Assembly (NCBI RefSeq): GCF_006345805.1
Contig: NC_043002.1
Span: forward strand, 57,164,001 to 57,228,000
Length of the DNA: 64,000 bases
From: Octopus sinensis
Lineage: Eukaryota
Reading direction: 5' to 3'
Both the position numbers and the translations under genes were made by a program. Position 1 is the stretch's first letter. Every line of letters begins with the position of its first letter. This document shows, in pieces, positions 11,971 through 24,462 of the stretch. Under the pieces are notes generated by a model, which was not told the DNA's origin, did no database searches, and saw only the letters and a list, made by a program, of their open reading frames with translations.

Positions 11971-13289
11971 CTCTGCCTGTCCATGTATGTTTGTATGTAT
12001 GTATGTATGTATGTATGTATGTATCTATTTATCAATCTATCTATAGATGAGTGTGCACGTATTTATGTATATATGCATGCATGTAACCACACATATACAC
12101 ATAACCGTGGGATGCGAGTTAAAGGACTATTCACAGGCAATCAGCAGCTGTAAGACAGATTAATGGCAGTAGAGAGAGTTTTGGATGTTTAGGAAAATTA
12201 GAAAACGTAGAAGAAGACACTATATGATAAGGAAATGACTCAATGAATAAAAGAATGAAGCGCATGTTATTGTTGAAGGTATTATTTAAACCTGTCTTCA
12301 TTTGACATTAGTATTTTATTTCAATGTCAAGTGATTTGACACTGACTTAACGACGAATATTCAACCACACCTTACGATGATTCACTCCAGATTAAAGTAA
12401 AAACAACTACCTCAAAAATTTTCATTTATTATATTTTAGGAATTTTATATTTTATAAATATCTATCCATCCAACCATCCATCCATCCATCCATCTATCCA
12501 CCCGTCCATCCATTTTCTCTGTCTACTATTGCCGGGTGGGTCGTGGGAGTAGAGTCTTCAGGTACCTCATCCATAAGATCCTGTTTGAAGCAACCATCAT
12601 CACACTTTCTTGTTGGATTCCCAAACATTACCAACAGGGACCATGGATATTATCCAACCCTTTCGTTCTTGATCTACTCCCTCTGTCTCTTGTCGATTGG
12701 CTCCGTTTGGAGAATCCACATTGCGATTGTTCCCTACGACTTTCTAGTCACATATCTGCAGCACCAGGGCCGTGACCTCTGAAATATAAAGTTTATATTT
12801 GATAAAGTTATATTGTATCTCAGGAGCGACGTCATGTCAACAATAAACACATGCACTGGTTCTATTTCACTTTTTTGTTAGTTATTTGTCAATTGAGGTA
12901 TTTAACCAATTCATTGGATGACTGTTCAGTGAGTCAATAAGGTTTTTCAGAGTTTTTTTGTTACCATTCGCCACCCTCTACCTTCAATGATATTCTCTCT
13001 CTACTCTCAGGCCTGCTTCATGTCTGTTACATGTTATAGTTTTATAGGTTTATATATGTGTCAAGAAATATAGAATTTACTCTCCTATAGGGGTCGTCTG
13101 GGATATAGGGCGCCTCAAAAGCGAGTCCCTTTTAGCACTTGCCTCGACGAATACGAGCGTATTATTTTCAGTTTGTAACTTTATAACAAAGAATGCAATG
13201 GTTTGATAAACACAGCAGGAACTTCGGAACTTCGGAACTTCGGTCTGTTATGAATCCAAGGACTCCTAAGGCTTGGGCTTAACCCAGTT

Positions 13290-13460
13290 CCCATGGTGAC
13301 TGAGATCCCAACACGTACCCTGAATAGAACGCTAGTCCATCTCAGGGTTAATTTTCCAGGTATTGCTGGAACTAATTTTACAGCTGAGGGGACTGGAGCA
13401 ACGTGAAATGAAGGGTTTTGCCCAAGAACACAATGCATCCCTACCCAGTTCTATCTGGTT
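13290..13460 (-). mobile_element. SINE family C-related fragment
   Basis: Minus strand reads GCATTGTGTTCTTGGGCAAAACCCTTCATTTCACGTTGCTCCAGT, matching about 10282-10330. Confidence 0.6.
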
Positions 13461-13542
13461 TCCAGTTGTATTTTATTCCGAATTATATTCTTCATTGTAT
13501 CCTTTTTCGTAAGGCGTTAAGTTTGGTTTGCTGTTATTTCTC

Positions 13543-13880
13543 AATAGGCTCTATCATGTATTTAAGCGTCCCAAGCATAAATCCCCCCACCAGAGTATTA
13601 TGTAAGTTTTATCATATATTTAAGCGTCCCAAACTTATATCCCACCAACAAAATACAATATAGGCTCTATAAATGTATTTTAGCGTCCTAAATTTATATC
13701 CTTCAGCAGAGCAATATATAAGTTTTACCATTTATTTAAGCGTCCCGCACTTATATCTCTCCATCAGAGTATTATATAGGCTCTAACAACGTACTGTAAC
13801 GTCCTGAACTTATATCCTTCCTGCAGTATACTCTATTGGCTCTACCATATATTTGAGCATCTCAAACATATATTCCCCAT
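13543..13880. repeat. ~58 bp minisatellite, about 6 units, with alternating A/B subtypes
   Basis: Units carry TTTAAGCGTCC..A.TTATATCC and start alternately with AGGCTCTA and AAGTTTTA. Confidence 0.8.
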
Positions 13881-14370
13881 CCCCAGGAGAGTACTCTGAA
13901 GGTATTTTCACTGACTTTTCAAGACAATTAGTTCTCGCTGATATACGAAGTAGTCCTTTTGCTTCTATGTAAAAGAGGACAAACAAACAACACAATAATA
14001 GATATTCCTAAACTAACCACACCTCCTAACTTATTAGGAATTGGAAGTAAAATAGCATAAGCAAACAACAACAAAAAAATCTATCAGGTTTAATATGAAT
14101 AGGAGTAACTAAAGCATTCGCAGGAATAAAACTTTCTGCATCTCCCAATATATTTGGAAACAATAAACTTAACTCAACCAACGCAAATAATATTACAAGA
14201 AATTCTAAAATGTAAACAGCTGCTACGTGTTATGTGGCTCAACGAGTAGCAAATTTATCGTTCACCAGCGACTGACAAGATTTCGAAGTTACCGCAGTTT
14301 CAAGAAGTCTCGCACAGCATATTGAGGTAAATCAACTAAATATTGTAATGTTGAAATTCATGTCAGTTTA

Positions 14371-14811
14371 TCTCTCTCTATATAAACGGCAGTTTGTCTG
14401 TCTGTGTGTCTGTGTGTTTGTCAGGTTGTACCCTCACCCTGACCACGGCTTTCAATCGATTCTGATGAAACTTGACACACACATAGCCCAATGTCATAAT
14501 TCAAAACTAACGCAGCGAAAATTTTGAAAAGTTCCTCCAGTTCTGAAAAAAAATCGATAAATTCGACATGGGGTCGAGAATCTAAGCTTTTTATATGCAA
14601 CACATTTTCTGTCTAGGGGACACAACTCGACCTTTTTATCGCCCAAAGGGACAGCTAGGAACATCGTATGCACAGAAGTATTCGAGTGAAGAGAAGACAT
14701 TGCAACCTACTCATGCGCTTTCGTTCCCTAGAGGTAAAGGACTAAATTGGGATTAGTCGTTGCCTACTAGGGGCTCTTACATACCCGGGCATCGCCGGGT
14801 TATGCTGCTAG
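14371..14811 (+). mobile_element. Non-autonomous Helitron
   Basis: A|TCTCTCTCTATATAAACGGCAG start and 3' hairpin CCCGGGCATCGCCGGG plus CTAG|T. The first ~260 bp are shared with 11097-11477; the 3' part differs. Confidence 0.85.
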
Positions 14812-15059
14812 TCTGTTATATAACTTCTGGTATGTACTGAAGTAACGCTCGAGTTTATATGGCCCCAGTATAGTACTCTGACGTTATGGATTTCATGCCG
14901 CTGCGATCATCAGGCGAGAACTGTCTCCATTCAGTGCACTGGAGCTGGTTCAGTTGTTTCTTTGTGACAATCGCTTCCACCATTAAAGTCGCGTCTACAA
15001 CAACCGCAACAACAACAGCAAAAACTACCACCACCACCACCACCACCACCACCACCACA

Positions 15060-15096
<37 letters not shown>

Positions 15097-15129
15097 ATAC
15101 TACTATCTTAAGGCCAACAGTTTTGCGGG

Positions 15130-15510
15130 GATTAGTCAATACCATTAATCCAAGTACTTGACTAGCGCTTTATATCATCAATCCCGTTGGTCTAGGTGGG
15201 ATTTGAACCCAGAACTTAAAAATCTGGGAGAAATGCAGCAAATAATTTTTTCCGATGGTCGAACACTTCTGCCAATACATCGCCCTTTTTATTGTTTCTG
15301 ATTTGGACAGGGGATCAGCAGTTTTAAGGGGAGGGGCTAATCTATAACGTTGACCCTAGTACTTGACTGGTACTCTGTTTTATCAGCTCCCGAGGGAAGA
15401 AAAGCAAAGTTGGCTTCGGCCGGATTTGACCTCAGAGTGTAATGAGTCGGAAAAAGAAATACTTCAAGGTATTTCTTCTGACTCTTTACGTTTCTACCAC
15501 CTCAACAACA
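15130..15510 (-). mobile_element. Two diverged SINE family B copies
   Basis: GGATTTGAACCCAGAAC and GGATTTGACCTCAGAG (B box on the minus strand) plus the GACTGGTACT motif. Confidence 0.55.
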
Positions 15511-15539
15511 GCAGCAACAACAACTACTACTACTGCTGT

Positions 15540-15603
<64 letters not shown>

Positions 15604-16334
15604 GCAGCAGAAGCGGCAACAACAGCAACACAAATTATTCTTTTAAAAAAATAATATTTTATCGAAACAAATTTTGTTTTTCAAAATATAATTTCCGGTC
15701 TGGTAATTGAGGATTCTTTACAGAAACCAAAATTTTGTTTTTGAATGAAGGATGAGAAACTGGCAGCTGTTATATTTTGGGCTGGTTTTAAATTCTTAGA
15801 ATTGCAGCTGCCAAAAATATTGTATTTAAAATAGTCAAAGAACAACCAATATAAAGGAAGTATTTCTCTAAAAATGGTTACAGATTATGACGGATGTATT
15901 ACAAAGGTGCAATGACTTTAGAATTCTTGCATGAAAGATGCTAAGTGTAGTCTGTGTAGCATAAGCGGTAGCTTTGCCGTTGTTGTCCGATATTTGCCAT
16001 GTATAATATATAAAATATTTATTTTACAGATGCCCATAGAAAAGACGTACAGGAAATGAGTCAAATTATTCTGTGGAAAAAGAAATTTGGAATAATTTTC
16101 GAATTATCTATCAATTAAGTATTTGAAAAATGCTTACCATATTTACTCATGAATACGTCGCATTCGTGCATAAGACGCACTCCTAAATTAGTGCTAAATT
16201 CCAGTATAAAATATTGCAGTTTTTTTCAGTTAAAATCAAGTTAAATGTCATGCCACTAATATACGAATAAATGCGTATTTTGGAAAAAAACCCGTTAAGT
16301 ATTTGAAAAAAATATCTTACTTCAGTTTTCCTTT

Positions 16335-16705
16335 TTTATTCGTTTATTTGTGTCAGTCATTGGACTGCGACCATGCTGGAGTGCTGCTTTGATCGCGGTA
16401 TTTCAACTTTTTAAAGTCTGCTATTTATTCTACGGACCATTCTGGACGAAGATAAGCTAACACTGGCTGTCAAGCGATGGTGGTGGTGTTGGGTGAACAC
16501 AATGACATCAACAGGCACGCATACATACACATAGATATATAGGACGGGCTTCTACACAGTTTCCGGCTACCAAATTCACTCACAAAGCATTGGACGGCTC
16601 GGGGCTATAGTAGAAGTCACTTACCGAAAGTACCGCGCAGTGAAACTGAAACCGGACCCTCGTGGTCACAAAGCGAGATTATTAACCACATAGCCATGCT
16701 TTCAC
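16335..16705 (-). mobile_element. SINE family A, diverged
   Basis: Tail CAGTCATTGGACTGCGACCATGCTGGAG and head TACCAAATTCACTCACAAAGC...GTACCGCGCAGTG. Confidence 0.75.
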
Positions 16706-18168
16706 CCATTCTATTCTGAACAAAAACGACCCACTTTCTAGATGCAAGTATGGGTTTCGCTGGGACCATTCAATACACGGTGCTCTTACTTAGAATACGA
16801 AATGGTACACCAAGTGTTCCGCACTTATCTCTCTCATAGATATAAATTTGTTGAGTGACACTTGTACGTTTACTCAAGAGTAGTGGAATGGACTCTGGCA
16901 CTGGAAATCGGGTTCTTTGATACATGCCGCTCCTCTTCTTTGGAAATTAGTTACTGCAATTTCTACAAGTAGGCGCAGTATATTCGATAATAGCTATTTT
17001 CTCTGTTATTAACCATTATTTTCCGTCAATGTCTTGCAACTGCCTACAGGTACAGCCGTTTCGGTGGCGCCGATTTTGCGTCACTGAATCGACGCTGACT
17101 TATTTGACCTCGACGTTTTTATGTTTCGTTTTAATGTCTCTTGTTCTCTCCCTACCTCACTCACTCGCTCACTTGCTCACTCACTCACTCACTCACTCAC
17201 TCACTCACTCACTCACTCACTCACTCACTCTGTCAATTATGTTCGATTAATGAATTGTAATGTCTCTCTATTTCTCCCTCTGTCTCTCTTACTCTTTCTG
17301 TCTGTATGTGTATATTTCTGCGCGCGTTTATATGTGTGTGTGTATATGTATGAGTGTGTGTGCATGTGTGTGTAAGTGTGTGTGTGTGTGTTTGCCTCCA
17401 CTGCCAACAGGTGCTGTCACCAGAAGAGGTTGAATGTCCATTCAGCCATGCCTAATCGGTGGCACCCAAATAGCTGCGCTCAGTAGCCTCATTGCATATA
17501 TCTATGCTTTGTAGTTGCTGTTTATCTTCCCCCTCTCTCTCACACATACATACACACACGCACTCGCACACACAAGCACTCTCTCTTTCTTTCTCTCTCT
17601 CTCTCACACACACTTACCCACATACACATGCACACACACATGTTAATTTCTCGAATGAATTGTCACATAAATTGTATAACTGAATTATTAGTAATCCCAA
17701 ACACACAATAAAACCTCGCCAAACTATTTCTTTTGTGTGTTTACAATGTTAATAGTTGCCAACCGGGATACACCAGCAACTCTTAGATAACCAGTAAACC
17801 TGGTCTTACTGTATAAACACTTTTTGTTGTATGTCATCTCTTCATAGTACCACAACAAAACTCACACATTATAAGTTAGAAAACTTAATCGATTTTACTC
17901 CCCGCTTCTCTTTCACGAGACATTTTGATCTTGCCTGGGTCTGTTATTCCCAGGACAGTGTTTGTTTACCTTTTTCCTATTTAAAATTTATTCTCTCTCA
18001 GAGCGACTCTTATGACAAACATAAGGGTGTATTAATATACGTGCCGAAGAATTGGTTGTTGATTCATATCATGTTGCTGAGTTAAGTAGCGCCTGAATTA
18101 AGCTGCGCATGGTATAAGCATAACCAAATCTTCCTTTCGTTTTTATTCAGTCAGAATGATATTAGCTA

Positions 18169-18649
18169 GTTCTAAAATTTCTAAAAAAGGTATAAGAAGT
18201 AACAATACTGGATGGTAATATTGTTTGCCACTATAACATGGCTGTTCTATATAGAACTATGTTAATATATTTCAACCCTAGGAAATCGTCTTTTCCGGCA
18301 GGTTAACGACACACAATCTGTATCTGATATATTGTGAGCAAGGGAGCGAATCACTCCCCTCCAGCTTGGCCAGACCAGTAGACCATGGTTTTTGGGTCTT
18401 TACCTGTCATCGGTATTGGATACCTGCCTGCTAGAGATGGCAGTCAATCGTCTCTATTCACAATATATAAACAGAGAAGCAGCAGACATTGCTGATCTCG
18501 TAAGGAGCAAAGTAGAAAGTTCTAAAAATCTCTAAATGCGGTATAAGTAGTAACAATACGAGACGGTAACACATTTTTTTGCCACTATAACATGGCTGAT
18601 TTATAAAGAACTAAGTTACTACATTTTAACCCCAGGAAAACGTCTTTTC
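18169..18649 (-). mobile_element. Small DR-hairpin/HHR-DR element (retrozyme-like)
   Basis: ~128 bp diverged direct repeats at 18169-18295 and 18519-18649 (period 350). The spacer has an 11 bp inverted repeat (18327-18337/18458-18468) centred on an HHR-like motif. Confidence 0.6.
18375..18419 (-). ncRNA. Degenerate minimal hammerhead, U4C core
   Basis: CCAATA-CCGATGA-CAGGTAAAGACCC-AAAAAC-CATG-GTC-TACTGG. Stem I pairs 5 of 6, stem III is palindromic (ACCATGGT), the triplet is GUC, and G12 is lost. Confidence 0.55.
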
Positions 18650-19242
18650 AAGGATTTTGCTCAACAGGTTCTGACCAGGGAAGATACGACACCATTCCTT
18701 TCGACTGTGCAAATACCTCTCGAGGAAGGTCGAAGTATACAATTATTTGTAATTATAGTTTTCACGTATACTAACTATAGAAAACAGTCTTATATTGGAA
18801 AATATAAACCCACAACAGAAAAAAAAAACGCGTATTAGTACACACTTGTGTAGAAAACCATTTTTTCCGTCATGGGTACAGGTGCCCCAATATTAGAATA
18901 TGTGTTATTGTCAATATATTCGATGAAAACTGATATTTACGAAAATGTTTAAAAGGTGGTGCTCCAGCATGACCACAGTCCAATGACTGAAACTAGTAAA
19001 AGGATAAACGTGTTATCGTTTCTTAAATTACGCAGAATTCGCACGTTTCTACACCTCGTAGCGTAAGTGCGGCAACGAAATTTGCTTAGATGTATAAATA
19101 CAAGTTCAGTCCAAGATGTTCAAAGCATTTTCATTGCTTCTTCCCCAGAATTATAGGGCGGGGTGGGAAGTGGGGGTTCCTCACAAACTTTCTGATTCTA
19201 ATCGTACGCAGAGTGAAATGTGTTCTCTTCTTTGCTGTCATG

Positions 19243-19830
19243 TCTCACAAATGAACTTTTTTTCGACCAAATTGTGATTGGTGACGAGAAATAGGTTCTC
19301 TATAAAAATGACAGGCGCCGAGGACATTAGGTAGGGACAGGAGCAACACCGGAACCTCAGGCTAAAGAAGGTCTTCACCCACATAATGTGTTGTTATCTG
19401 TTTGGTGGGATATGAAAGGTTTAGTCCACTTTGAACTTTTAAAACCCAAACCAAACTATAACAAAGACTGCTAGCAGCTTTAGCGGCTTAAGTCAGCACC
19501 AGAAGAAAAACGACCATCTTTGGATTCAAGACGAAAGGTGTTCTTTCATCAGGATAATATTAGGCCACATAAAGCGAGGATGACATTCCAAAGGCTGGAG
19601 AAATTTGAATGGGAAACGATGTCCCACCCACTATATTTGCTGGACATTACCCCGTCTGATTATCATTTATTCCGCAGTCTTCAAAATCATTTGGACGGAA
19701 AAAATATGAATTCTGTAGACTAGGTCAAAACAGTAATGGAAGAACATTGTAGAAAATGAAGGAGAGTCTATTTTAGATTAAAAAAGAACTTTGTTTATCT
19801 TAATTTTGAAAAGTAAAAGATAAAAAACTC
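19243..19830 (+). mobile_element. Mariner (DD34D) transposase remnant
   Basis: IVIGDEK, LSVWWDMKG and FHQDNIRPH...ITPSDYHLFRSL, with 34 residues between the second and third Asp. Multiple stops and frameshifts. Confidence 0.9.
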
Positions 19831-20535
19831 GCTTTATTAATGGGATGTGCATACACCTACGTAGACACATGAAGATATATATAAAACATATGCAAGCACA
19901 CAGTACGCATATTTATATGTTTAGTTGGAAAATTAAGCACAACAAGCAAGTTGCAATATGCATGTCTGTATATATAAATGTGTATGTGCGCGCGCGCGCG
20001 TGTGTATGCACCCACATATTATGCACACACTTGTTCTTTGTGTGGTGCAGTTAAAAATTAAAGTTTGTCATGTGAACAACCGAGGCCGTCGTAAACAAGA
20101 CACGTACCATATGATTAGATGTCACGTGATAGCTTAAGGCTACACCTCCTGTTTACATACTCGTATTTTACAGCAGATATCTTTTCTCTCTTGCCTATTA
20201 CGTTTGACCACAATGACATTAGTGCATAACTGAAGGATTACCGTCTTTGCCCAGCCTATTTAATTCCGGTTTAAATGTTTTTGTTCATGTCTTCCCTTAC
20301 ATTGCATTCAAATCTCTGTCTGTCTCTCCCGGCCCCTCTCTCTTTCTCTCACTTCTTACATACGCACACTCTCACATTATATGTATGTTTGTTCGGGTTT
20401 CGCTATATGTATACATCCATACGCCATCATTTTATTTTTAATCGGTACAAGTTACAAAAGCGACTCAAAGGCCGAGAGTTTCAGGCAAAGCACTCATAAG
20501 TTCATTACCGAAATAAGTGAGATAAATGCCCAGCA

Positions 20536-20638
<103 letters not shown>

Positions 20639-20871
20639 CTTACCTACCTATCTATCTGACATTTCTGTGATACACGATCCCTATTGATCGTTTTCTTTTC
20701 TTTCTTTTTGTTACGATCCCTTTTGATCGAAAACCTACCCCACTTTTTAAATTTTTTATTTAAAATTTTTTAAAAAATTAAAGAAATTAAAAAAAAAGTT
20801 TCTCCCCCCAAAAGAAAAGCTTTACTTTGTAATTTGCCCCCTCTGTGTCCAGCCCTGTGTGGATAATAAAG

Positions 20872-20902
<31 letters not shown>

Positions 20903-20968
20903 TGTATGTATGTATGTATGTATGTATGTATGTATGTATTATGTATGTATGTATGTATGTATGCATGC

Positions 20969-21044
<76 letters not shown>

Positions 21045-21369
21045 GTCTATCTATCTATCTATCTATCTACCTACCTGTCTCTCTCTCTCTCTAAATCTTC
21101 GTCCTGATTGACTTCAGTGCACACAACTCTCTCCGAATATTTTCCATTTTCCAACAAATCGCATTAATTATTACCATCTCTTTTTTCTAACAGACTCACA
21201 AATATCCTAAATATCTCTCATTTTCTTATCCCAGAATTCACTGTCTTCCTACAAATTGGATTGTTTAACAATGCCTACTCAATGTAGCTCCCCACTCAAT
21301 TTATATATATTTATTATATATATATAAATAAATATATATATAAATATATATAAATAAATAAATGTATAT

Positions 21370-21426
<57 letters not shown>

Positions 21427-21449
21427 ATATATATATATATATATATATA

Positions 21450-21668
21450 CTCTTACTCTTTTTCTCTTTTACTTGTTTCAGTCATTTGACTGCGGCCATG
21501 CTGGAGCACCGCCTTCAGTCGAGCAAATCGACCCCGGGACTTATTCTTTGTAAGCCCAGTACTTATTCTATCGGTCTCTTTTGCCGAACCGCTAAGTGAC
21601 GGGGACGTAAACATACCAGCATCGGTTGTCAAGCAATGCTAGGGGGACAAACACAGACACACAAACAC

Positions 21669-21699
<31 letters not shown>

Positions 21700-21870
21700 C
21701 ATATATACGACAGGCTTCTTTCAGTTTCCGTCTACCAAATCCACTCACAAGGCATTGGTCGGCCCGGGGCTATAGCAGAGGACACTTGCCCAAGATGCCA
21801 CGCAGTGGGACTGAACCCGGAACCATGTGGTTGGTTAGCAAGCTACTTACCACACAGCCACTCCTGCGCC

Positions 21871-21872
<2 letters not shown>
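21450..21872 (-). mobile_element. SINE family A, young-looking
   Basis: Complete head ATAGGCGCAGGAGTGGCTGTGTGGTAAGTAGC...GGGTTCAGTCCC, internal TA/CA tract and tail. Confidence 0.9.
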
Positions 21873-21911
<39 letters not shown>

Positions 21912-21918
<7 letters not shown>

Positions 21919-22175
21919 TAATAAATAAAACATATGCATATATATATACATACATGTACGTACCTACCTCTACATGTATATATACACGCATATATGGGTA
22001 CAGGACGCCAAAAAAACGTCGAACACAATGAGAAACGAAAACATAAACACAAAACCAAGGAACTGGACATTTTTCTTAAACAACAAAAAAATAGAGTACA
22101 GGACAAATAACACAAGGAAAATTCCCCTTCTTCAGTCGCCATGGTTTTATCTACTCTGCGTTTCGAAGGTAACAT
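21912..22175. repeat. Family E repeat
   Basis: Colinear with 6822-7070. The minus strand contains GAAACGCAGAGTA and CTGAAGAAGGGG. Confidence 0.65.
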
Positions 22176-22824
22176 TGCGAAAATTGCATCCTGAAGACAA
22201 GAATTTTCTTCTGGAAGAATACATTTCAGACATGAAACGTTTCTGACTCTAAGATAGTTCAAATAAACTCCCAAATGTGCGAGACTAAATATGAAAAGAG
22301 GTTATCTAAATTGACGAAGGTGATAAGCGTTGAAAACTTGAACAAAGAAGGAGGACTGCAGCGAAGACATGTTTTTCAGAGTTTGTTACAACTGCTACGG
22401 CAACGACCTCAATCGTTCATAAAGAAAAAAAAATATCACTATTTATTATACATACTTCCCAGAACGCAATTCAACGAAGCCCCAATTGACCTTTGTTTTT
22501 GCCTGCAGTAAAGTAGGTTAGAGAAGAGGCTAAAAAACAAATAAAATGGAGTCGAAGCCACAGCTTGGAGTATTGATTCAACAAACAACGATCTTTAGAT
22601 GATATCTTTTGATAAGCTACGTCCTAAAGTGTGGAAATTCAATCATTTTACATTAAAACATCCATCAAAAATCTTACATTCACACGCGCGAGCACACGCA
22701 CACGCACTCATGTATGTATGTGTATATATATATATATATGTATACATGCATATATGAATATATATATGTGTGTGTGTGTAGTATATAAATCCAATATTAG
22801 TATTTTTTCGTTTGTGTGTTAAAT

Positions 22825-22873
<49 letters not shown>

Positions 22874-23016
22874 ACACACACATACTAATAAATACATGCA
22901 CACACATAGGCATATATACTTTATATAGTTCAAATTTATAGAAAAACAAAGACGAAGACAGATGTGTGAACAACAAGCAAGTGTATTAGTTTGACGCTCG
23001 GGAAAGTGAGAAAGTC

Positions 23017-23050
23017 TTTCACGTTTCGAGCTTATGCTCTTTGACAGAAA
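23017..23050 (-). ncRNA. Degenerate minimal hammerhead-like motif with an A6U core
   Basis: TTT-CTGTCAA-A-GAGC-ATAA-GCTC-GAAAC-GTG-AAA. A homologue lies at 45669-45701. Confidence 0.35.
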
Positions 23051-23120
23051 GGAATAAAAGGAAACATATAGTGAGAGAATGAAAAAATAACGTGTTGAGT
23101 CCAGTGGTTCAACATGGTGA

Positions 23121-23170
<50 letters not shown>

Positions 23171-23181
<11 letters not shown>

Positions 23182-23555
23182 TTAGAGACAAAACCACTAT
23201 TTTGCAAAACAAACAAGGAAAGACTTAATCAATACATAAAATTTTAATAAAAAGTCAAAAAAACCGCCACTACAATTGTTTCTTGTCCTGATCGACAATC
23301 TACAGGTGGACTTCCAATTTTCAAGTCAGTTTCAAATTATGTAACGTGATGGGTCTTTGTTTTACAGTGCTTCTCTCCTGTTCGTCGAATTTGAAACTGA
23401 CTTGAAAATTGGAAGTCCACCTGTAGATTGTCGATCAGGACAAGAAACAATTGTAGTGGCGGTTTTTTTGACTTTTTATTAAAATTTTATGTATTGATTA
23501 AGTCTTTCCTTGTTTGTTTTGCAAAATAGTGGTTTTGTCTCTAATAATATTATAT
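23171..23555. repeat. Essentially perfect 168 bp inverted repeat with a 49 bp spacer
   Basis: Arms at 23171-23338 and 23388-23555 read as reverse complements with no mismatch that I could find. A related single arm lies at about 44435-44500. Confidence 0.9.
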
Positions 23556-23634
23556 AATATTTTACTATAAAATTGGATTTAATCCTAAATCTGATTTTTT
23601 CCCTGTAAATTTGGATTTATTCCCTAATATTTAT

Positions 23635-23665
<31 letters not shown>

Positions 23666-23741
23666 ATATATATTTGTGCACGTCTCTCCCTCTCTCTACC
23701 ATTCACCCCGTCTCTCTCTCCCTATATATATATATAATATA

Positions 23742-23772
<31 letters not shown>

Positions 23773-23960
23773 TAATAGTAATGGTAAGACAACAAAAGAA
23801 TGAAAGAGACCTCGATACTATGTAAATAGAGGAATTTATCTGTAATATATTAATCGCATACGCAATTGCTATGACCATTTTTACTCCTTTACTTTTTACT
23901 TCCTCCCTTCGGTTTCTCCCTTATTTAACGGCCATTTTCATAGCATATTTTGATTGCCTC

Positions 23961-24021
23961 AATAACTGAAGAGATGCCGGAACAGGTTTCCGCCCCGACA
24001 TCCGAAACTCGGAGTTTTATT
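23961..24021 (+). ncRNA. Type-I hammerhead with a fully canonical core
   Basis: AATAA-CTGAAGA-GATG-[22 nt]-CATC-C-GAAAC-TCGGA-GTT-TTATT. Stem I is 5 bp, helix II is GATG/CATC, stem III is ACT/AGT, and the triplet is GUU. Confidence 0.7.
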
Positions 24022-24396
24022 ATGGCAACTGAATAGTTGTCACATATTATATTACACACACACACATACACGCACACAAACAACAAACAAACACACACAT
24101 ACACACAGACGCACACACACACACACTCACACACATACACACATATGTGTATATAACAAATGAAAGGTAGACGATGGAATATACGAGAATTTATTATTAA
24201 TCTCGACAATTGTCTCGACACATCTAGCATCGATTCCTCTTGTGTGACACTCAGCAACTGGTTCAGGAGTATCCGGTGGTGCAGATGTATCTCGTCGGGT
24301 GATAAATAAATAAAAACAACTCGTTAAAATGACTATTCCACAATTTAACTTTCTGTTTTGCAGAAAAAAAACAGCCAGACAGAAGAAAAAATCTTC

Positions 24397-24460
<64 letters not shown>

Positions 24461-24462
<2 letters not shown>

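Noticed and set aside
12520-12780. GC-richer segment with two 79 aa ORFs, possibly an RTE-like remnant
   Set aside because: No diagnostic motif could be identified with confidence.
16020-16110. Possible exon after TTTTACAG
   Set aside because: No recognisable protein motif, convincing donor site or partner exons.
22120-22175. Type-II hammerhead reading of family E (GAAAC-GCAGA-GTA ... CTGAAGA on the minus strand)
   Set aside because: The segment between GTA and CTGAAGA does not pair as stem I, and related copies at 200, 7030 and 10740 lack a following GAAAC.
24230-24300. Minus-strand CCGACGA...GAACC-AGTT-GCT
   Set aside because: Too many core mismatches to call a hammerhead.
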